Shown piece by piece: positions 47,722 through 58,312 of a stretch of DNA of 64,000 nucleotides (position 1 is the stretch's first letter; the number at the start of each line of letters is the position of its first letter). A model generated the notes under the pieces. That model was given only the letters and a program-made list of their open reading frames with translations, had not been told where the DNA came from and made no database searches. Made by a program: the position numbers and the translations under genes. The stretch is from Candidatus Palauibacter poriticola (GTDB lineage Bacteria; Gemmatimonadota; Gemmatimonadetes; Palauibacterales; Palauibacteraceae): positions 15,345 through 79,344 of the forward strand of contig JAAXHJ010000055.1 of the NCBI GenBank assembly GCA_012270965.1. Reading direction: 5' to 3'.

Positions 47722-48722
47722 TGGGGCCGATCCGAGTCACGGTGGAGCGGGCCGGAACGCGGGAATCGTCGCATCTCGTGTACGGCATGGTCCGCGAAGC
47801 CCGTTCTTCCGGTCGCGGCCGCAGCCACAGCTTCGGCGACGCGCGATTGACGGCCTTCTGGCGTTCGTCGATGAAACCGCTCCAGATCCTTCCCGCGGTG
47901 AGAGACGGCGTGCTCGAGCGCCTCGGGCTCGGAGCGGAGGCGCTGGCGCTGGCGTGCGCGTCCCACCATGGCACGCCACGGCACCTGGAGGTCGTGCGGT
48001 CGGTGATGGACGCGGCGGAGTTGACGCCCGAGATGTTCGCCTGCGGGCCGCATCGGCCGTTCGACGACGGGGCGGCCCGGCGGATGGATCGGGCCGGGCA
48101 CCTGCCGGGACGGATCCACAACAACTGTTCGGGACAGCATGCGGTGCTGTTGGCGCTCTGCGTTGCCCGCGGCTGGCCCGCGGCGGGTTACCAGGAGCCG
48201 GAGCATCCGCTGCAGCGGACGATTCGGCGCGAACTCTCGGCGTGGCTGGGGGAGGATTGCGAACGCCTGCCGTGGGGGACGGATGGCTGCGGCCTGCCGA
48301 CCCCGGCCCTTTCCCTGCGGAAGATGGCCCGGGTGTTCGCCGATTTCGGTGCCTCGCGCGAGGTGGCCGTGCGGTCGGTTGTGACGGCGATGACGACGCA
48401 CCCGACATTGGTATCGGGGCCTGCGGCGCTTTCGGCGAACCTGATGCGGGCGAGTTCCGGCCGGATTCTCGCCAAGGAGGGGGCGGAGGGAGTGTTCTGT
48501 CTGGCGAGCGCGGAGGGGGGCTGGGGGGCGGCCTTCAAAGTGCTGGACGGGGCCACGCGGCCGCTCGGGCCGGCGGTCGCGCACGCGCTGGCCACGCTGT
48601 CGTTGCTGGCGCCGGAGGAGATCGGGCGGATGGTGAGCTTCGCGCACCCGGTGGTCCGGAACACCTGTGGGGACGAGGTCGGCGTGCTTTCGGTGGAGAG
48701 GGAATCTTGTTCGTCGATGTAG
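47718..48722 (+). CDS. L-asparaginase II (Rhizobium AnsA/ReAV-type) family
   Basis: RSSMKP, ACASH, HNNCSGQH, GTDGCGLP, AKEGAEG, KVLDG. Confidence 0.85.
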   Translation: MMGPIRVTVERAGTRESSHLVYGMVREARSSGRGRSHSFGDARLTAFWRSSMKPLQILPAVRDGVLERLGLGAEALALACASHHGTPRHLEVVRSVMDAAELTPEMFACGPHRPFDDGAARRMDRAGHLPGRIHNNCSGQHAVLLALCVARGWPAAGYQEPEHPLQRTIRRELSAWLGEDCERLPWGTDGCGLPTPALSLRKMARVFADFGASREVAVRSVVTAMTTHPTLVSGPAALSANLMRASSGRILAKEGAEGVFCLASAEGGWGAAFKVLDGATRPLGPAVAHALATLSLLAPEEIGRMVSFAHPVVRNTCGDEVGVLSVERESCSSM

Positions 48723-49753
48723 CGAGAATACACGTCACCGGAGGCGCGGGCGGCGCGGGTGCCGTCGCCTTCCGGCGCGAGAAGGGCGTGCCCCGGGGAG
48801 GGCCCGCCGGCGGCCGGGGCGGAGACGGCGGCGGCGTGATCCTCGTGGCGGATCGCCGACTCGACACGCTGCTCGACTACTCCTACCGCGAGCACTACAA
48901 GGCCGGGCGCGCCGGACACGGGGAGGGGAAGAACCGGGACGGCGCCTCGGGGAAGGATCTCCGGCTGCCGGTCCCTCTCGGGACGCTCGTGTGCGATGTC
49001 GAAACCGAAGAGCGCATCGGCGAACTGCTTGCGGAGGGCGATGAACTCGTCGTGGCCCGCGGCGGCCGCGGAGGAAGGGGCAACGCGAGCTTCGCTTCGC
49101 CCACGCGCCAGACGCCGCGCGAATGGGAACCCGGGGAGTGGGGGGAGGAGCGGCACATCGAACTCGAGCTCAAGCTCATCGCCGACGTGGGTCTGGTGGG
49201 GGAGCCCAACGCGGGCAAGTCGACGCTCCTCGCCCGCGTAACGGCGGCGAAGCCCCGGATCGCGGACTACCCCTTCACCACGCTGACGCCCAACCTGGGG
49301 GTCGTGGGGCTCAGCGGGTATCGTTCGTTCGTGATGGCGGACATCCCGGGGATCATCGAGGGAGCGCACGAGGGGCGCGGTCTGGGCGCCCAATTCCTGC
49401 GACACATCGAACGTACGCGCACCCTCGCGCTCCTCGTGCCGGTCGACGACGAGGATCCGCAGGCGACGTACGACCTGCTGCGCGAGGAGCTGCGGGCGCA
49501 CGACGCGGCGCTCGCCGGCATATCCCACTGCGTCCTCCTGACGAAGGCCGATTTGAGTCCCGCCGCGCCGGAGCCGGGTGTGTCGGTCGATGCCCCCGGG
49601 AGTTGGGGCCAGTTCACGGTCTCCGCCGTGACCGGGGCCGGCCTCGACCGCGCCCTCGAGGGGCTGTGGGCGCGCGTGCGGTGTGAGAAGGAGGTGGCGG
49701 CGGGGGAAGCCGAAGCGGATCCGTTCGGGAGCGGCTCAGGGTGGCGTCCTTGA
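48707..49753 (+). CDS. obgE: GTPase ObgE/CgtA
   Basis: FVDVARIHVTGGAGGAG, FRREK..P.GGP.GGDGG, GEPNAGKST, YPFTTL, DIPG, TKAD. TTG 48707. Confidence 0.97.
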   Translation: MFVDVARIHVTGGAGGAGAVAFRREKGVPRGGPAGGRGGDGGGVILVADRRLDTLLDYSYREHYKAGRAGHGEGKNRDGASGKDLRLPVPLGTLVCDVETEERIGELLAEGDELVVARGGRGGRGNASFASPTRQTPREWEPGEWGEERHIELELKLIADVGLVGEPNAGKSTLLARVTAAKPRIADYPFTTLTPNLGVVGLSGYRSFVMADIPGIIEGAHEGRGLGAQFLRHIERTRTLALLVPVDDEDPQATYDLLREELRAHDAALAGISHCVLLTKADLSPAAPEPGVSVDAPGSWGQFTVSAVTGAGLDRALEGLWARVRCEKEVAAGEAEADPFGSGSGWRP

Positions 49754-51048
49754 CGGAGAAACGCGCTGCCGAGGTTCGGACCGCGGAGGCACGAGCTGCG
49801 GAGGCACGAGCCGCGGAGGCGCGGGCTGTGGACGCTCGGGCCCCGGATGCTCGCGCCACGGATGCTCAGGTCGCGGAGGAGGAGTTGACGGCGCTCGTCG
49901 TCCTCGCCCGCGCCCCGGGCATCGGGCTACGCAGCGTCCGGCGCCTGGTCGACCGCCATGGCGGAGCGTCGGAGGCGCTCGCAGCCCTTCGGCGGGCCGC
50001 ACCGGCCGACCTGCGGGGGCTGCGCCGGGGCGGTCGAGTTCCGCTGGCGAAGACGGTCCGCGCCCTCGGCTCCGCCGGGGAGAGGGCGGCGCGGTCGCTG
50101 TTGCGCGAAGCGAGGGCGAAAGGGCTTCGTGTGGCGGGGTACACCGATTGCGGGGAGGCCGCATACCCCGCGCCGCTGCGCGATCTCCCCGATCCGCCTA
50201 CCGTTCTCTTCGGTTGTGGCACCGGGACGCTGGGCTCCGAGCGTGGCGCCGGGACGCTGGGCTCCCAGCGGGTGATCGCCGTCGTGGGCACGCGGGCCGC
50301 GTCGTCCTACGGGCTGCGCACGGCGTACACGCTGGGAGGGGAACTCGGACGCTGGGGCTGGACGGTGGTGAGCGGCATGGCGCGCGGCATCGATGCGGCG
50401 GCCCACACCGGCGCCCTCGACGCCGGTGGACGGACCATCGGGGTCCTCGGAACCGGACTTGATCGCGAATACCCGGCGGAAAACCGGGATCTGTACCGGA
50501 GGATGCGCTCGCACGGGATTCTCCTGAGCGAGTTCGAGCCGGGGGCGCCGCCGACGCGTTCCGCCTTTCCGCGCCGCAACCGGGTGATCGCCGCCCTCGC
50601 CCGCGGCGTCATCGTCGTGGAGGCCGGCGGAAGGAGCGGGGCCCTGAACACGGCGGACCATGCCCTCGACCTGGGACGCGAAGTCCTCGCGGTACCCGGG
50701 CGCATCGATGATCCGGGCTCGGTCGGGTGTCTTCGCCTCCTGCGTCAGGGAGCCGGACTCGTGGCCGGCGTGCAGGACGTGTTCGACGCCCTGGGCTGGC
50801 TGTGCCTCGAGGCGCAGACGTCAAAAACGGAGGAGGAATTTGCCCCGGCCCTCGATGGATCCTCCGGCGACGCGCGTCTGCTCGGAGCGCTCTCGCGCGG
50901 ACCCCGCTCGCCGGATGAACTTGCCGTCGGTCTCGAGATGCCCGTCGCGAAGGTGCTTGGCGGGCTGGGGCGGCTGGAACTCGAGGGATGGGTCGAGCGC
51001 CGGCCCGGAGGGGACTTCGCCGCCGTCCGGCGGCGGGGCGGACGCTGA
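49741..51048 (+). CDS. dprA: DNA-processing protein DprA with repetitive N-terminal extension
   Basis: AVVGTR, VSGMARGID.AAH, SEFEPG, FPRRNRVIA, VEAGGRSGALNTA, C-terminal winged helix. Confidence 0.93.
   Translation: MASLTEKRAAEVRTAEARAAEARAAEARAVDARAPDARATDAQVAEEELTALVVLARAPGIGLRSVRRLVDRHGGASEALAALRRAAPADLRGLRRGGRVPLAKTVRALGSAGERAARSLLREARAKGLRVAGYTDCGEAAYPAPLRDLPDPPTVLFGCGTGTLGSERGAGTLGSQRVIAVVGTRAASSYGLRTAYTLGGELGRWGWTVVSGMARGIDAAAHTGALDAGGRTIGVLGTGLDREYPAENRDLYRRMRSHGILLSEFEPGAPPTRSAFPRRNRVIAALARGVIVVEAGGRSGALNTADHALDLGREVLAVPGRIDDPGSVGCLRLLRQGAGLVAGVQDVFDALGWLCLEAQTSKTEEEFAPALDGSSGDARLLGALSRGPRSPDELAVGLEMPVAKVLGGLGRLELEGWVERRPGGDFAAVRRRGGR
49768..49872 (+). repeat. Seven in-frame 15-bp repeats encoding x-(E/D)-A-R-A pentapeptides at the DprA N-terminus
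   Basis: AEVRT AEARA AEARA AEARA VDARA PDARA TDAQV. Confidence 0.85.
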
Positions 51049-52202
51049 TGTGCGACGAGCGCCCGCCACGCTCCCTGTATGTGCACTTTCCGTTCTGCGC
51101 CCACCGCTGCCACTACTGCGACTTCTCCGTTAAGCGGGCGTCGGCGCCGCCGGTGTCCCGATGGCTCGCCGCGATCGAGATCGAACTCGCCTGGTGGTTC
51201 GAGCGCAACGGTTGGGATCGGGGCGCCACGCTCGACACGATCTTCGTCGGAGGCGGGACGCCTTCACTCATGGGGTCGGCCGGGATGGAGGGGCTGGCCT
51301 CGCGCATCTCCGCCTGGTTCCACATCGACCCCGCGCACACGGAATGGACGGCCGAGGCGAACCCGGCCTCCTTCAACGCGCGTCTCGGTTCAGGCTGGCG
51401 GGCGACGGGCGTCAACCGGCTGAGTCTGGGCGTCCAGGCCCTGGACGATGCGGTCCTGACATGGCTGGGCCGGCTTCACGACCGGCGCCGGGCCACGGAG
51501 GCCGTCGCCGAGGCGAGGGAGGCCGGGTTCGAACGGGTGAGCGTCGATCTCATCTTCGGTCTCCCCCCGGAGGTAGGGCGGGACCTCGGCGCGGAAGTGG
51601 AAGCGGCGACCACACTCGATGTGTCTCACCTGAGTCTCTACGGCCTGACCGTGGAACCTCGCACGCCGTTGGCCGAGTGGATCCGCCTCGGCCGGGTCGG
51701 GGCGCCGGACGAGGAGCGCTACGCGGAAGAGTACCGACTCCTGTCCCGCGAGCTGCGCGCGGCGGCGTATGAGCAGTACGAGGTATCCAACTTTGCCCGG
51801 CCGGGAGAGCAGTGCCGACACAACTGGTCGTACTGGAACCGAACGTCGTATCTTGCCCTCGGCCCGTCCGCGCATGGCTTTTTCCCACCGATCCGCAGTT
51901 GGAACGTCTTCCGCTGGGACCGGTATGAACGCGCGCTGCACGCGGGCCTTGGTCCCCTCGAAGGCTGGGAACGCGTGGGGCCGGAAGAGGAGGAACTGGA
52001 ACGGATCTGGCTGGGCCTCCGTACGAATCGCGGCTTGACGCCCGAGTTCGTGCAGGAGATCTCGCCGGACGGACTCCGCCTCGATGATTGGGCCGGGGCC
52101 GGGTGGATGGAGGAGCGGGACGGACGCTGGCTGGCGACGATCGAAGGCTGGCTCCGCCTGGATGCGATCGCCGCCGAACTCGCCGGGGCTGAGGAAGCAT
52201 GA
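51048..52202 (+). CDS. hemW: Radical SAM heme chaperone HemW
   Basis: LYVHFPFCAHRCHYCDF, GGGTPS, EANP, NRLSLGVQ, DLIFGLP, YEVSNFA, HNWSYW. Confidence 0.92.
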   Translation: MCDERPPRSLYVHFPFCAHRCHYCDFSVKRASAPPVSRWLAAIEIELAWWFERNGWDRGATLDTIFVGGGTPSLMGSAGMEGLASRISAWFHIDPAHTEWTAEANPASFNARLGSGWRATGVNRLSLGVQALDDAVLTWLGRLHDRRRATEAVAEAREAGFERVSVDLIFGLPPEVGRDLGAEVEAATTLDVSHLSLYGLTVEPRTPLAEWIRLGRVGAPDEERYAEEYRLLSRELRAAAYEQYEVSNFARPGEQCRHNWSYWNRTSYLALGPSAHGFFPPIRSWNVFRWDRYERALHAGLGPLEGWERVGPEEEELERIWLGLRTNRGLTPEFVQEISPDGLRLDDWAGAGWMEERDGRWLATIEGWLRLDAIAAELAGAEEA

Positions 52203-53242
52203 CCCTGCCAACACTGACAGAGCGCGAACGGGCCGTCCTCGCCGCGGTCATCGACTCCTTCGTCCGCACGGCCGCCCCGGCCGGCTCGCGAAGGATCGGA
52301 AAGGAGTACGCGCTCGGCGTGTCCCCCGCGACGATCCGCAACACGATGGCGGACCTCGAGGGCAAGGGTCTGCTCACACACCCCTACACTTCCGCCGGAC
52401 GGCTTCCGACCGACCTCGCGTACCGGTACTACGTCGATGCGCTCATGCGCTGGGGCGGCATCCGGAAGCGGGACCAGGCGAAGATCGAACGCGAGCTGGG
52501 GGATGCGGACGCCGGCGGGGTCGAAGACCTCATGGGCAAGGCGGCCCGCGTCCTCAGCCTCCTGACGGGGGAACTCGGCCTCGCGGTGGGTCCGACGCTC
52601 GCCACGGCCACGCTCGAGCGTCTCGAACTCGTACCGCTTTCGAGTGAGAAGGTGCTCCTCGTGTTCACGATCGAGTCCGGCGTCGTTCGCACCGTGTACG
52701 TGGATGTGACGACGCGGGTACCGCGGGCGACGCTCCAGGCGGTGTCGCAGGCGCTGAACGAACGGTTGGCGGGGAGCGCCATCTCGGAGATCCAGGCGAC
52801 GCTGCGCGAGCGGCTGGGCGACCTGAGTTTCGACAGCCGCGGCGCCCGGGAGTTAATGAACATCTTCGTGCACAGCGGTCCGGACATCTTCGAGTGGGCC
52901 CGCCGCGAGCGCGAGCTCCACCTCGGGAGCGCGGCGGCGCTGACCGAACAGCCGGAGTTTACGACGAGCCGGCGCCTGCGCGACCTCCTGCTCCTCACGG
53001 AGCGCCGGGAGCTGCTCGCCTCCGTGCTGGGGGATCGCGGTGGCTCGGATGGTCCCCATGTGACGATCGGAGCCGAGCACGGCCAGCCGGAACTCGAGGA
53101 TCTGACCATCGTCACGGCCAACTACGCCGTCGGGAGCCTGCAGGGCACGGTCGGCGTGATCGGGCCCACGCGGATGCCGTACGACAAGGTCGTCTCCATC
53201 GTCGATTGGACCTCCGATCTTCTCACGCGGCTGACTCCGTGA
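52199..53242 (+). CDS. hrcA: Heat-inducible transcription repressor
   Basis: LTERERAVL, VSPATIRNTMADLE, HPYTSAGRLPT, GVIGPTRMPY. Confidence 0.95.
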   Translation: MTLPTLTERERAVLAAVIDSFVRTAAPAGSRRIGKEYALGVSPATIRNTMADLEGKGLLTHPYTSAGRLPTDLAYRYYVDALMRWGGIRKRDQAKIERELGDADAGGVEDLMGKAARVLSLLTGELGLAVGPTLATATLERLELVPLSSEKVLLVFTIESGVVRTVYVDVTTRVPRATLQAVSQALNERLAGSAISEIQATLRERLGDLSFDSRGARELMNIFVHSGPDIFEWARRERELHLGSAAALTEQPEFTTSRRLRDLLLLTERRELLASVLGDRGGSDGPHVTIGAEHGQPELEDLTIVTANYAVGSLQGTVGVIGPTRMPYDKVVSIVDWTSDLLTRLTP

Positions 53243-54408
53243 GCGGACGCCGCGACTACTACGACCTGCTCGGCGTCTCCCGCGACGCGGGTGCGGACGA
53301 ACTGAAGAGGGCGTACCGGCGCCTCGCCATGGAGTACCATCCGGACCGCAATTCCGCGCCGGACGCGGAGGAGCGGTTCAAGGCGGTGACGGAGGCGTGG
53401 GAAGTGCTCCGCGACCCGGGGAAGCGGCAGTTGTACGACCAGTACGGCGAGGCCGGGGTACGGCGGGGTGGCGGAGGCGAGGCGCCGTTCTCCGGATTCA
53501 GCAACTTTTCCGACGCGTTCGACGTGTTCATGCGCGAGTTCGGCGGGGCGGGCTTCGGAGGCGGCGGCTTCGGCGACCTGTTCGGAGAGGCGCGCTCCCC
53601 GAACCAGCCGCGCCGCGGCTCGACCCTCAAGGTCTCCCTCACAATCACGCTGGAAGAGGCGGCGACGGGGGCCCGGCGCTCCCTCCGCGTCTCCGCTCTG
53701 GATCGGTGCGAGCGCTGCGACGCGACGGGCGCCGAGCCGGGAAGTACGGCTTCGACGTGCGGAACGTGTCAGGGCTCCGGCGAGATTCGCATGGTCCAGC
53801 GCTCGATGCTGGGACAACTCGTCTCGGTGCGTCCCTGCTCCGCCTGCGGAGGAGAGGGAACCGCGATCACGGACGAGTGCCGCGACTGCCGGCGCACCGG
53901 GCGCGTGCGGGTCGACCGGTCCGTCGACCTCGAGATTCCCGCGGGGATTTCGTCCGACGACTACCTGAAGCTTCGCGGGCGCGGCAACGCGGGTCCGCGC
54001 GGCGGGCCGGCGGGGGACCTCATCGTGCAGGTGGAGGTCGAGCCGCACGACCGCTTCGAGCGCAGGGGCGATGACCTCCTCCTCGACTTGCCCGTCACCT
54101 TCTCCCAGGCGGCGCTGGGCGATGAACTCGACGTGCCGACGATCTTGGGACAGGCCCGGCTCAAGGTGCCGGCGGGAATCCAGGCGGGTCAGGTTCTGAG
54201 GCTTCGTGGCCAGGGGATGCCGCGTTTGCGGGCCGCGGGCCATGGGGACCAGCTGGTGCGCGTACACACGTGGACGCCAAGTGAGCTTTCCCGGCGCCAG
54301 CGCGACATCCTGGAGTCGCTGCGGGAGGTGGAGGGTGCGCCGCCCGAACCGCGCCGGGGCGAGGATCCGAGCTTCTGGGAGCGCGTGAAGGCGGCGTTTA
54401 CCGCGTAG
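53239..54408 (+). CDS. dnaJ: Molecular chaperone DnaJ
   Basis: DYYDLLGV, HPD, G/F region, four CxxCxGxG repeats, GRGNAG. Confidence 0.97.
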   Translation: MSGRRDYYDLLGVSRDAGADELKRAYRRLAMEYHPDRNSAPDAEERFKAVTEAWEVLRDPGKRQLYDQYGEAGVRRGGGGEAPFSGFSNFSDAFDVFMREFGGAGFGGGGFGDLFGEARSPNQPRRGSTLKVSLTITLEEAATGARRSLRVSALDRCERCDATGAEPGSTASTCGTCQGSGEIRMVQRSMLGQLVSVRPCSACGGEGTAITDECRDCRRTGRVRVDRSVDLEIPAGISSDDYLKLRGRGNAGPRGGPAGDLIVQVEVEPHDRFERRGDDLLLDLPVTFSQAALGDELDVPTILGQARLKVPAGIQAGQVLRLRGQGMPRLRAAGHGDQLVRVHTWTPSELSRRQRDILESLREVEGAPPEPRRGEDPSFWERVKAAFTA

Positions 54409-55549
54409 CCGACCCCGACGCCACGGCCGCGGCGGGCAAGCGCGCCATCCGCTCCGCGAGGCTCGCGAGAAGCCGGTCGAAGGGAACGGCGAACTTCTCG
54501 ACGCCCTCGGCCAGAAGCTGATCCGTCACCTCGTCCAACTCGATCCCAACGGCCGCCAACTCCGCCATCGCGCGACGGGCCTCGTCGACGCCCTCGGTCA
54601 AGGTGCCGGCGACGCGCCCGTGGTCCCTGAAGGCGTCGATCGTCTTCTCCGGCAGCGTGTTGACCGTAAGTTCGCCGATCAGCGGCTCGACGTACTTCAC
54701 ATCGGAATACGCCGGGTTCTTCGTGCTCGTGCTCGCCCACAGCATGCGCTGCGGGTGGGCGCCGAGCCGTGCGAGCCGGGCCCAGCGCTCCGTGGCCAGC
54801 CGCCGTTGGAAGCCGACATAGGCGAGTTTCGCGTTGGCGACGGCCGCCTCGCCGAGCAGGGCCTCGAGGCGAGCGGCGTCGCCCTCGGAGGCGCCGGCCA
54901 GCGTCCCGAGCTTCCGGTCGGTGAGCGCGTCGATCCGGCTCACGAAGAAGCTGGCCACCGAGGTGACGCCGTCAACGGACCGGCCGGCTTCGAGCCGCTG
55001 CTCCAGCGCCTCCGTGTGCGCGTCCGCCACCGCCTCGTACGCTGCGATGGAGAAGAGGAGCGTCACGTTCACGTTCACGCCCTCGAACAGCGCCTGCCGG
55101 ATGGCCGGAACTCCGGCCGGAGTCCCCGGGATCTTGATGAGGACGTTGGGGCGGGCCACCTCGTCGTGGAGGCGGCGCGCCTCCCGCACCGTGCCCTCCG
55201 CGTCGTTCGCCAGATGGGGGGAGACCTCGAGGGAAACGTATCCATCGACCCCGCCGGAACTCTCCCACACGCCCCGCAGCACGTCGCACGCGCCCCGCAC
55301 GTCGGCGATCGTGAGCCGGTCGTAGACCTCTTCGACGCCGAGACCCTGGGCGCTGAAGCGGGCGATGTCCCCATCGTACTGCGCACTGCCCGTGATCGCG
55401 TTATGGAAGATCGCGGGGTTCGAGGTAACCCCTTGCAACCCTTCGGTCTCGACCCGGCGAGCCAGCTCCCCGTCGACGAGCATCCCGCGCGTCAGGTTGT
55501 CGAGCCAATAGCTCTGGCCGTGCTCCCGCAGCTGAAGCAGCGCGCTCAT
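54398..55549 (-). CDS. tal: Transaldolase
   Basis: WLDNLTR, GVTSNPAIF, IKIPGT, NVTLLFS, FFVSRID, WASTSTKNP. Confidence 0.95.
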   Translation of the reverse strand: MSALLQLREHGQSYWLDNLTRGMLVDGELARRVETEGLQGVTSNPAIFHNAITGSAQYDGDIARFSAQGLGVEEVYDRLTIADVRGACDVLRGVWESSGGVDGYVSLEVSPHLANDAEGTVREARRLHDEVARPNVLIKIPGTPAGVPAIRQALFEGVNVNVTLLFSIAAYEAVADAHTEALEQRLEAGRSVDGVTSVASFFVSRIDALTDRKLGTLAGASEGDAARLEALLGEAAVANAKLAYVGFQRRLATERWARLARLGAHPQRMLWASTSTKNPAYSDVKYVEPLIGELTVNTLPEKTIDAFRDHGRVAGTLTEGVDEARRAMAELAAVGIELDEVTDQLLAEGVEKFAVPFDRLLASLAERMARLPAAAVASGSATR

Positions 55550-55574
55550 CTCGCTCCCCTCCCCATCAACGGTC

Positions 55575-56036
55575 TCAGGTGTCCGACTTCAGGTGTCGGG
55601 CTTCGATGTCCAAGACTTTCTCGAGCCGGCGGCGATGCCTCGGTTCGGCCGAGAAACCGGCCGCCAGGAACGCCTCCGTGATCGCGCGCGCGAGGGCGAT
55701 CCCGATCACGCGCTCCCCCATGCAGAGGACGTTCATGTCGTCGTGATCGACCGCCTGCGCAGCCGAATACGTGTCGTGGCAGACGCCTGCCCGCACTCCC
55801 GGTACCTTGTTGGCGGCGATACAGACGCCCACCGCGGATCCGCAGATGACGATGCCGCGTTCCACGTCGCCGCGCGCCACCCGCTGGGCGACGGCGAAGG
55901 CGAAGTCGGGGTAGTCGACGGAGTGGGTGCCGTGCGTGCCGACGTCGACGATCTCGTGGCCCGCCTCGCGTAGCTCCGCGGCGAGGATATCCTTGTAACC
56001 CACGCCCGCGTGATCCGCCCCGAGCGCGAGCTTCAC
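55575..56036 (-). CDS. rpiB: Ribose-5-phosphate isomerase B
   Basis: [38 protein letters not shown]. Confidence 0.95.
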   Translation of the reverse strand: MKLALGADHAGVGYKDILAAELREAGHEIVDVGTHGTHSVDYPDFAFAVAQRVARGDVERGIVICGSAVGVCIAANKVPGVRAGVCHDTYSAAQAVDHDDMNVLCMGERVIGIALARAITEAFLAAGFSAEPRHRRRLEKVLDIEARHLKSDT

Positions 56037-58093
56037 GGCGGGCCCTCCGCAGGGAGCGCCTCAAGGGCGCGCGCGGCGAGGGCCTCCGCGGTGAAGCCGA
56101 AGTGGGCGAAGTTGTCCGCCGCCGATGCGGACTGGCCGAAGCGGTCGATCCCGATCACGGTGCCGTCCCGGCCCACCCATTCCGTCCACCCGAGGGTGGC
56201 GCCGGCCTCGACCGCGACCCGCGGTACGCCGGGGGGAAGGACCTCGTCCCGGTAGGACGCCGGCTGCGCGCGGAACAGTTCCCAGCTCGGGAAGGAAACC
56301 ACGCGCGCCGATACGCCCCGGGCCTCGAGGACTCGCGCCGCTTCGACCGCCACCTGCACTTCCGAACCGGTCCCGAGGAGCACGATCTGAAGGGGGCCGG
56401 GCTCCGGCTTGAGGACGTAGGCGCCGCGTCCCACCCCATCGCGGGCGGCCCCGGGAGCGCGCTCAAGATGGGGAACCTTCTGGCGCGTGAGCGCCAGAAT
56501 CGTGGGCCCCGCGCGGCGCTTGATCGCGACGCGCCACGCCTGAACAGTCTCCTCCGGGTCGGCGGGGCGTAGCACGACGACGCCGGGCATCGCCCGGAAG
56601 GAGGCGAGGTGCTCGATCGGCTGGTGCGTCGGCCCGTCCGCCCCGAGGCCGATCGAGTCGTGCGTCATCACGTAGATGTTGGGCAGCCCCATCAGGGCGG
56701 CGAGCCGCATCGACGGGCGGGCGTAGTCCGTGAAGGTGAGGAAGGTGGCGATGTAGGGACGGATGCCGCCGTGGAGGACAAGTCCGTTCGCGACGGAGGC
56801 CATGGCGTGCTCGCGGACGCCCCAGCGCAGATTGCGGCCTTCGGGCGCGTCCCTCGAGAAGTTCGGCGAGTCGATCAAGGTGTTGTTCGAGCCCGACAGG
56901 TCGGCGCTCCCGCCGATGAGTTCGGGGAGGCGGGGCGCGAGCGCGGCCAGGATCCGGCCGGAAGCGGCCCTGGTGGCGATCGGATCGTCGTCCGGGCCGA
57001 AGCTCGGCAGCTCCTCGTCCCACGCCCCCGGGAGCGCCGACCGGATGCGGCGTTCGAGTTCCGCGGCCAGCTCCGGGTGCTCCGCGCGGTATCGCTCGAA
57101 GCGCGTTCCCCACTCCGCGGCGAGCGCTTCGCCGCGTGCGACCCGCCGGCCCATGTGGCTCCGGACGGCGTCCGGCACGAGGAACGGAGGTTCGCTAGGC
57201 CAGCCGTACACCTCCTTGGTGAGCCGTACCTCCTCCTCGCCGAGCGGCGCGCCGTGCGCGGCGGCCGTGTCCTGCTTGTGGGGGGCGCCGTAGCCGATGT
57301 GAGAGCGGACGATGATGAGCGACGGCCGGTCCTCCTCGATCCGCGCCCCTTCGATCGCCGCGTCGAGCGCCGCCAGGTCGTTCGCGTCTGCGACGGACCG
57401 CACGTGCCACCCCAGCGACTCGAACCGGCCGCGCACATCCTCGGAAAAGGCGAGGTCGATGTCGCCATCGATCGTGATCCGGTTGTCGTCGTACAGCCAG
57501 AGGAGCTTGCCGAGGCCCAGGTGTCCGGCCAGCGAGGCGGCTTCGTACGAGACGCCCTCCATGAGGTCGCCGTCGCTGCAGATGACGTACGTGCGGTGAT
57601 CGATGATCGAGTGGCCCGGCCGGTTGAACACCGCCGCGAGGTGCGCTTCGGCGATCGCCATCCCCACGGAGTTCCCGACGCCCTGGCCCAGCGGGCCGGT
57701 GGTCGTCTCGACGCCATCGACGTGGCCGTACTCGGGATGCCCCGCCGTGCGGCTCCCCGCCCGCCGGAAGTTGCGGACTTCGTCCAAGGGAAGATCGAAC
57801 CCGGTGAGGTGGAGGACGGCGTATTGGAGGATCGCCGCGTGGCCGGCGGAGAGCACGAACCGGTCGCGGCCGAACCAGGCGGGGTCTCGCGGGCTGTACC
57901 GCATGTGGCGCATCCACAGCGTGTACGCCACGGGAGCGAGCGCCATCGCGGTGCCCGGGTGCCCGGAGCCGGCTCGCTGGACGGCGTCCATGGCGAGCGT
58001 GCGGATCGTGTCGATGGACTGGGATTCTACGGACGGATCCGCGCCCGGAGCGGCGGACCCGGAAACGGCTTCGACGGTCCTTGTCTCGTTCAA
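56033..58093 (-). CDS. tkt: Transketolase
   Basis: [51 protein letters not shown]. Confidence 0.96.
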   Translation of the reverse strand: MNETRTVEAVSGSAAPGADPSVESQSIDTIRTLAMDAVQRAGSGHPGTAMALAPVAYTLWMRHMRYSPRDPAWFGRDRFVLSAGHAAILQYAVLHLTGFDLPLDEVRNFRRAGSRTAGHPEYGHVDGVETTTGPLGQGVGNSVGMAIAEAHLAAVFNRPGHSIIDHRTYVICSDGDLMEGVSYEAASLAGHLGLGKLLWLYDDNRITIDGDIDLAFSEDVRGRFESLGWHVRSVADANDLAALDAAIEGARIEEDRPSLIIVRSHIGYGAPHKQDTAAAHGAPLGEEEVRLTKEVYGWPSEPPFLVPDAVRSHMGRRVARGEALAAEWGTRFERYRAEHPELAAELERRIRSALPGAWDEELPSFGPDDDPIATRAASGRILAALAPRLPELIGGSADLSGSNNTLIDSPNFSRDAPEGRNLRWGVREHAMASVANGLVLHGGIRPYIATFLTFTDYARPSMRLAALMGLPNIYVMTHDSIGLGADGPTHQPIEHLASFRAMPGVVVLRPADPEETVQAWRVAIKRRAGPTILALTRQKVPHLERAPGAARDGVGRGAYVLKPEPGPLQIVLLGTGSEVQVAVEAARVLEARGVSARVVSFPSWELFRAQPASYRDEVLPPGVPRVAVEAGATLGWTEWVGRDGTVIGIDRFGQSASAADNFAHFGFTAEALAARALEALPAEGPP

Positions 58094-58312
58094 TCGCCCC
58101 CTCGCGCGAGTTGAATCGCCCTTGGCTGGCCCAATGCCCGGAAGCCGGAGGCCGCGCGAGACAACTCGTGTTGGGCGGGCCGCTTCGGCGGAGCGAACAT
58201 AAGGGTTCGGGACGTTGCCGGAAAAGCCTTCGCCGCGAAGCGTGCGGGGTGGGTGGCGTCGGCCCGCGGGGTTGGTGGCGATGGCCCGCCGACGACGGAT
58301 ACGTTGCCCCGC

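Noticed and set aside
44796-52199. CIRCE operator for hrcA/dnaJ
   Set aside because: No TTAGCACTC-N9-GAGTGCTAA seen by eye in this interval.
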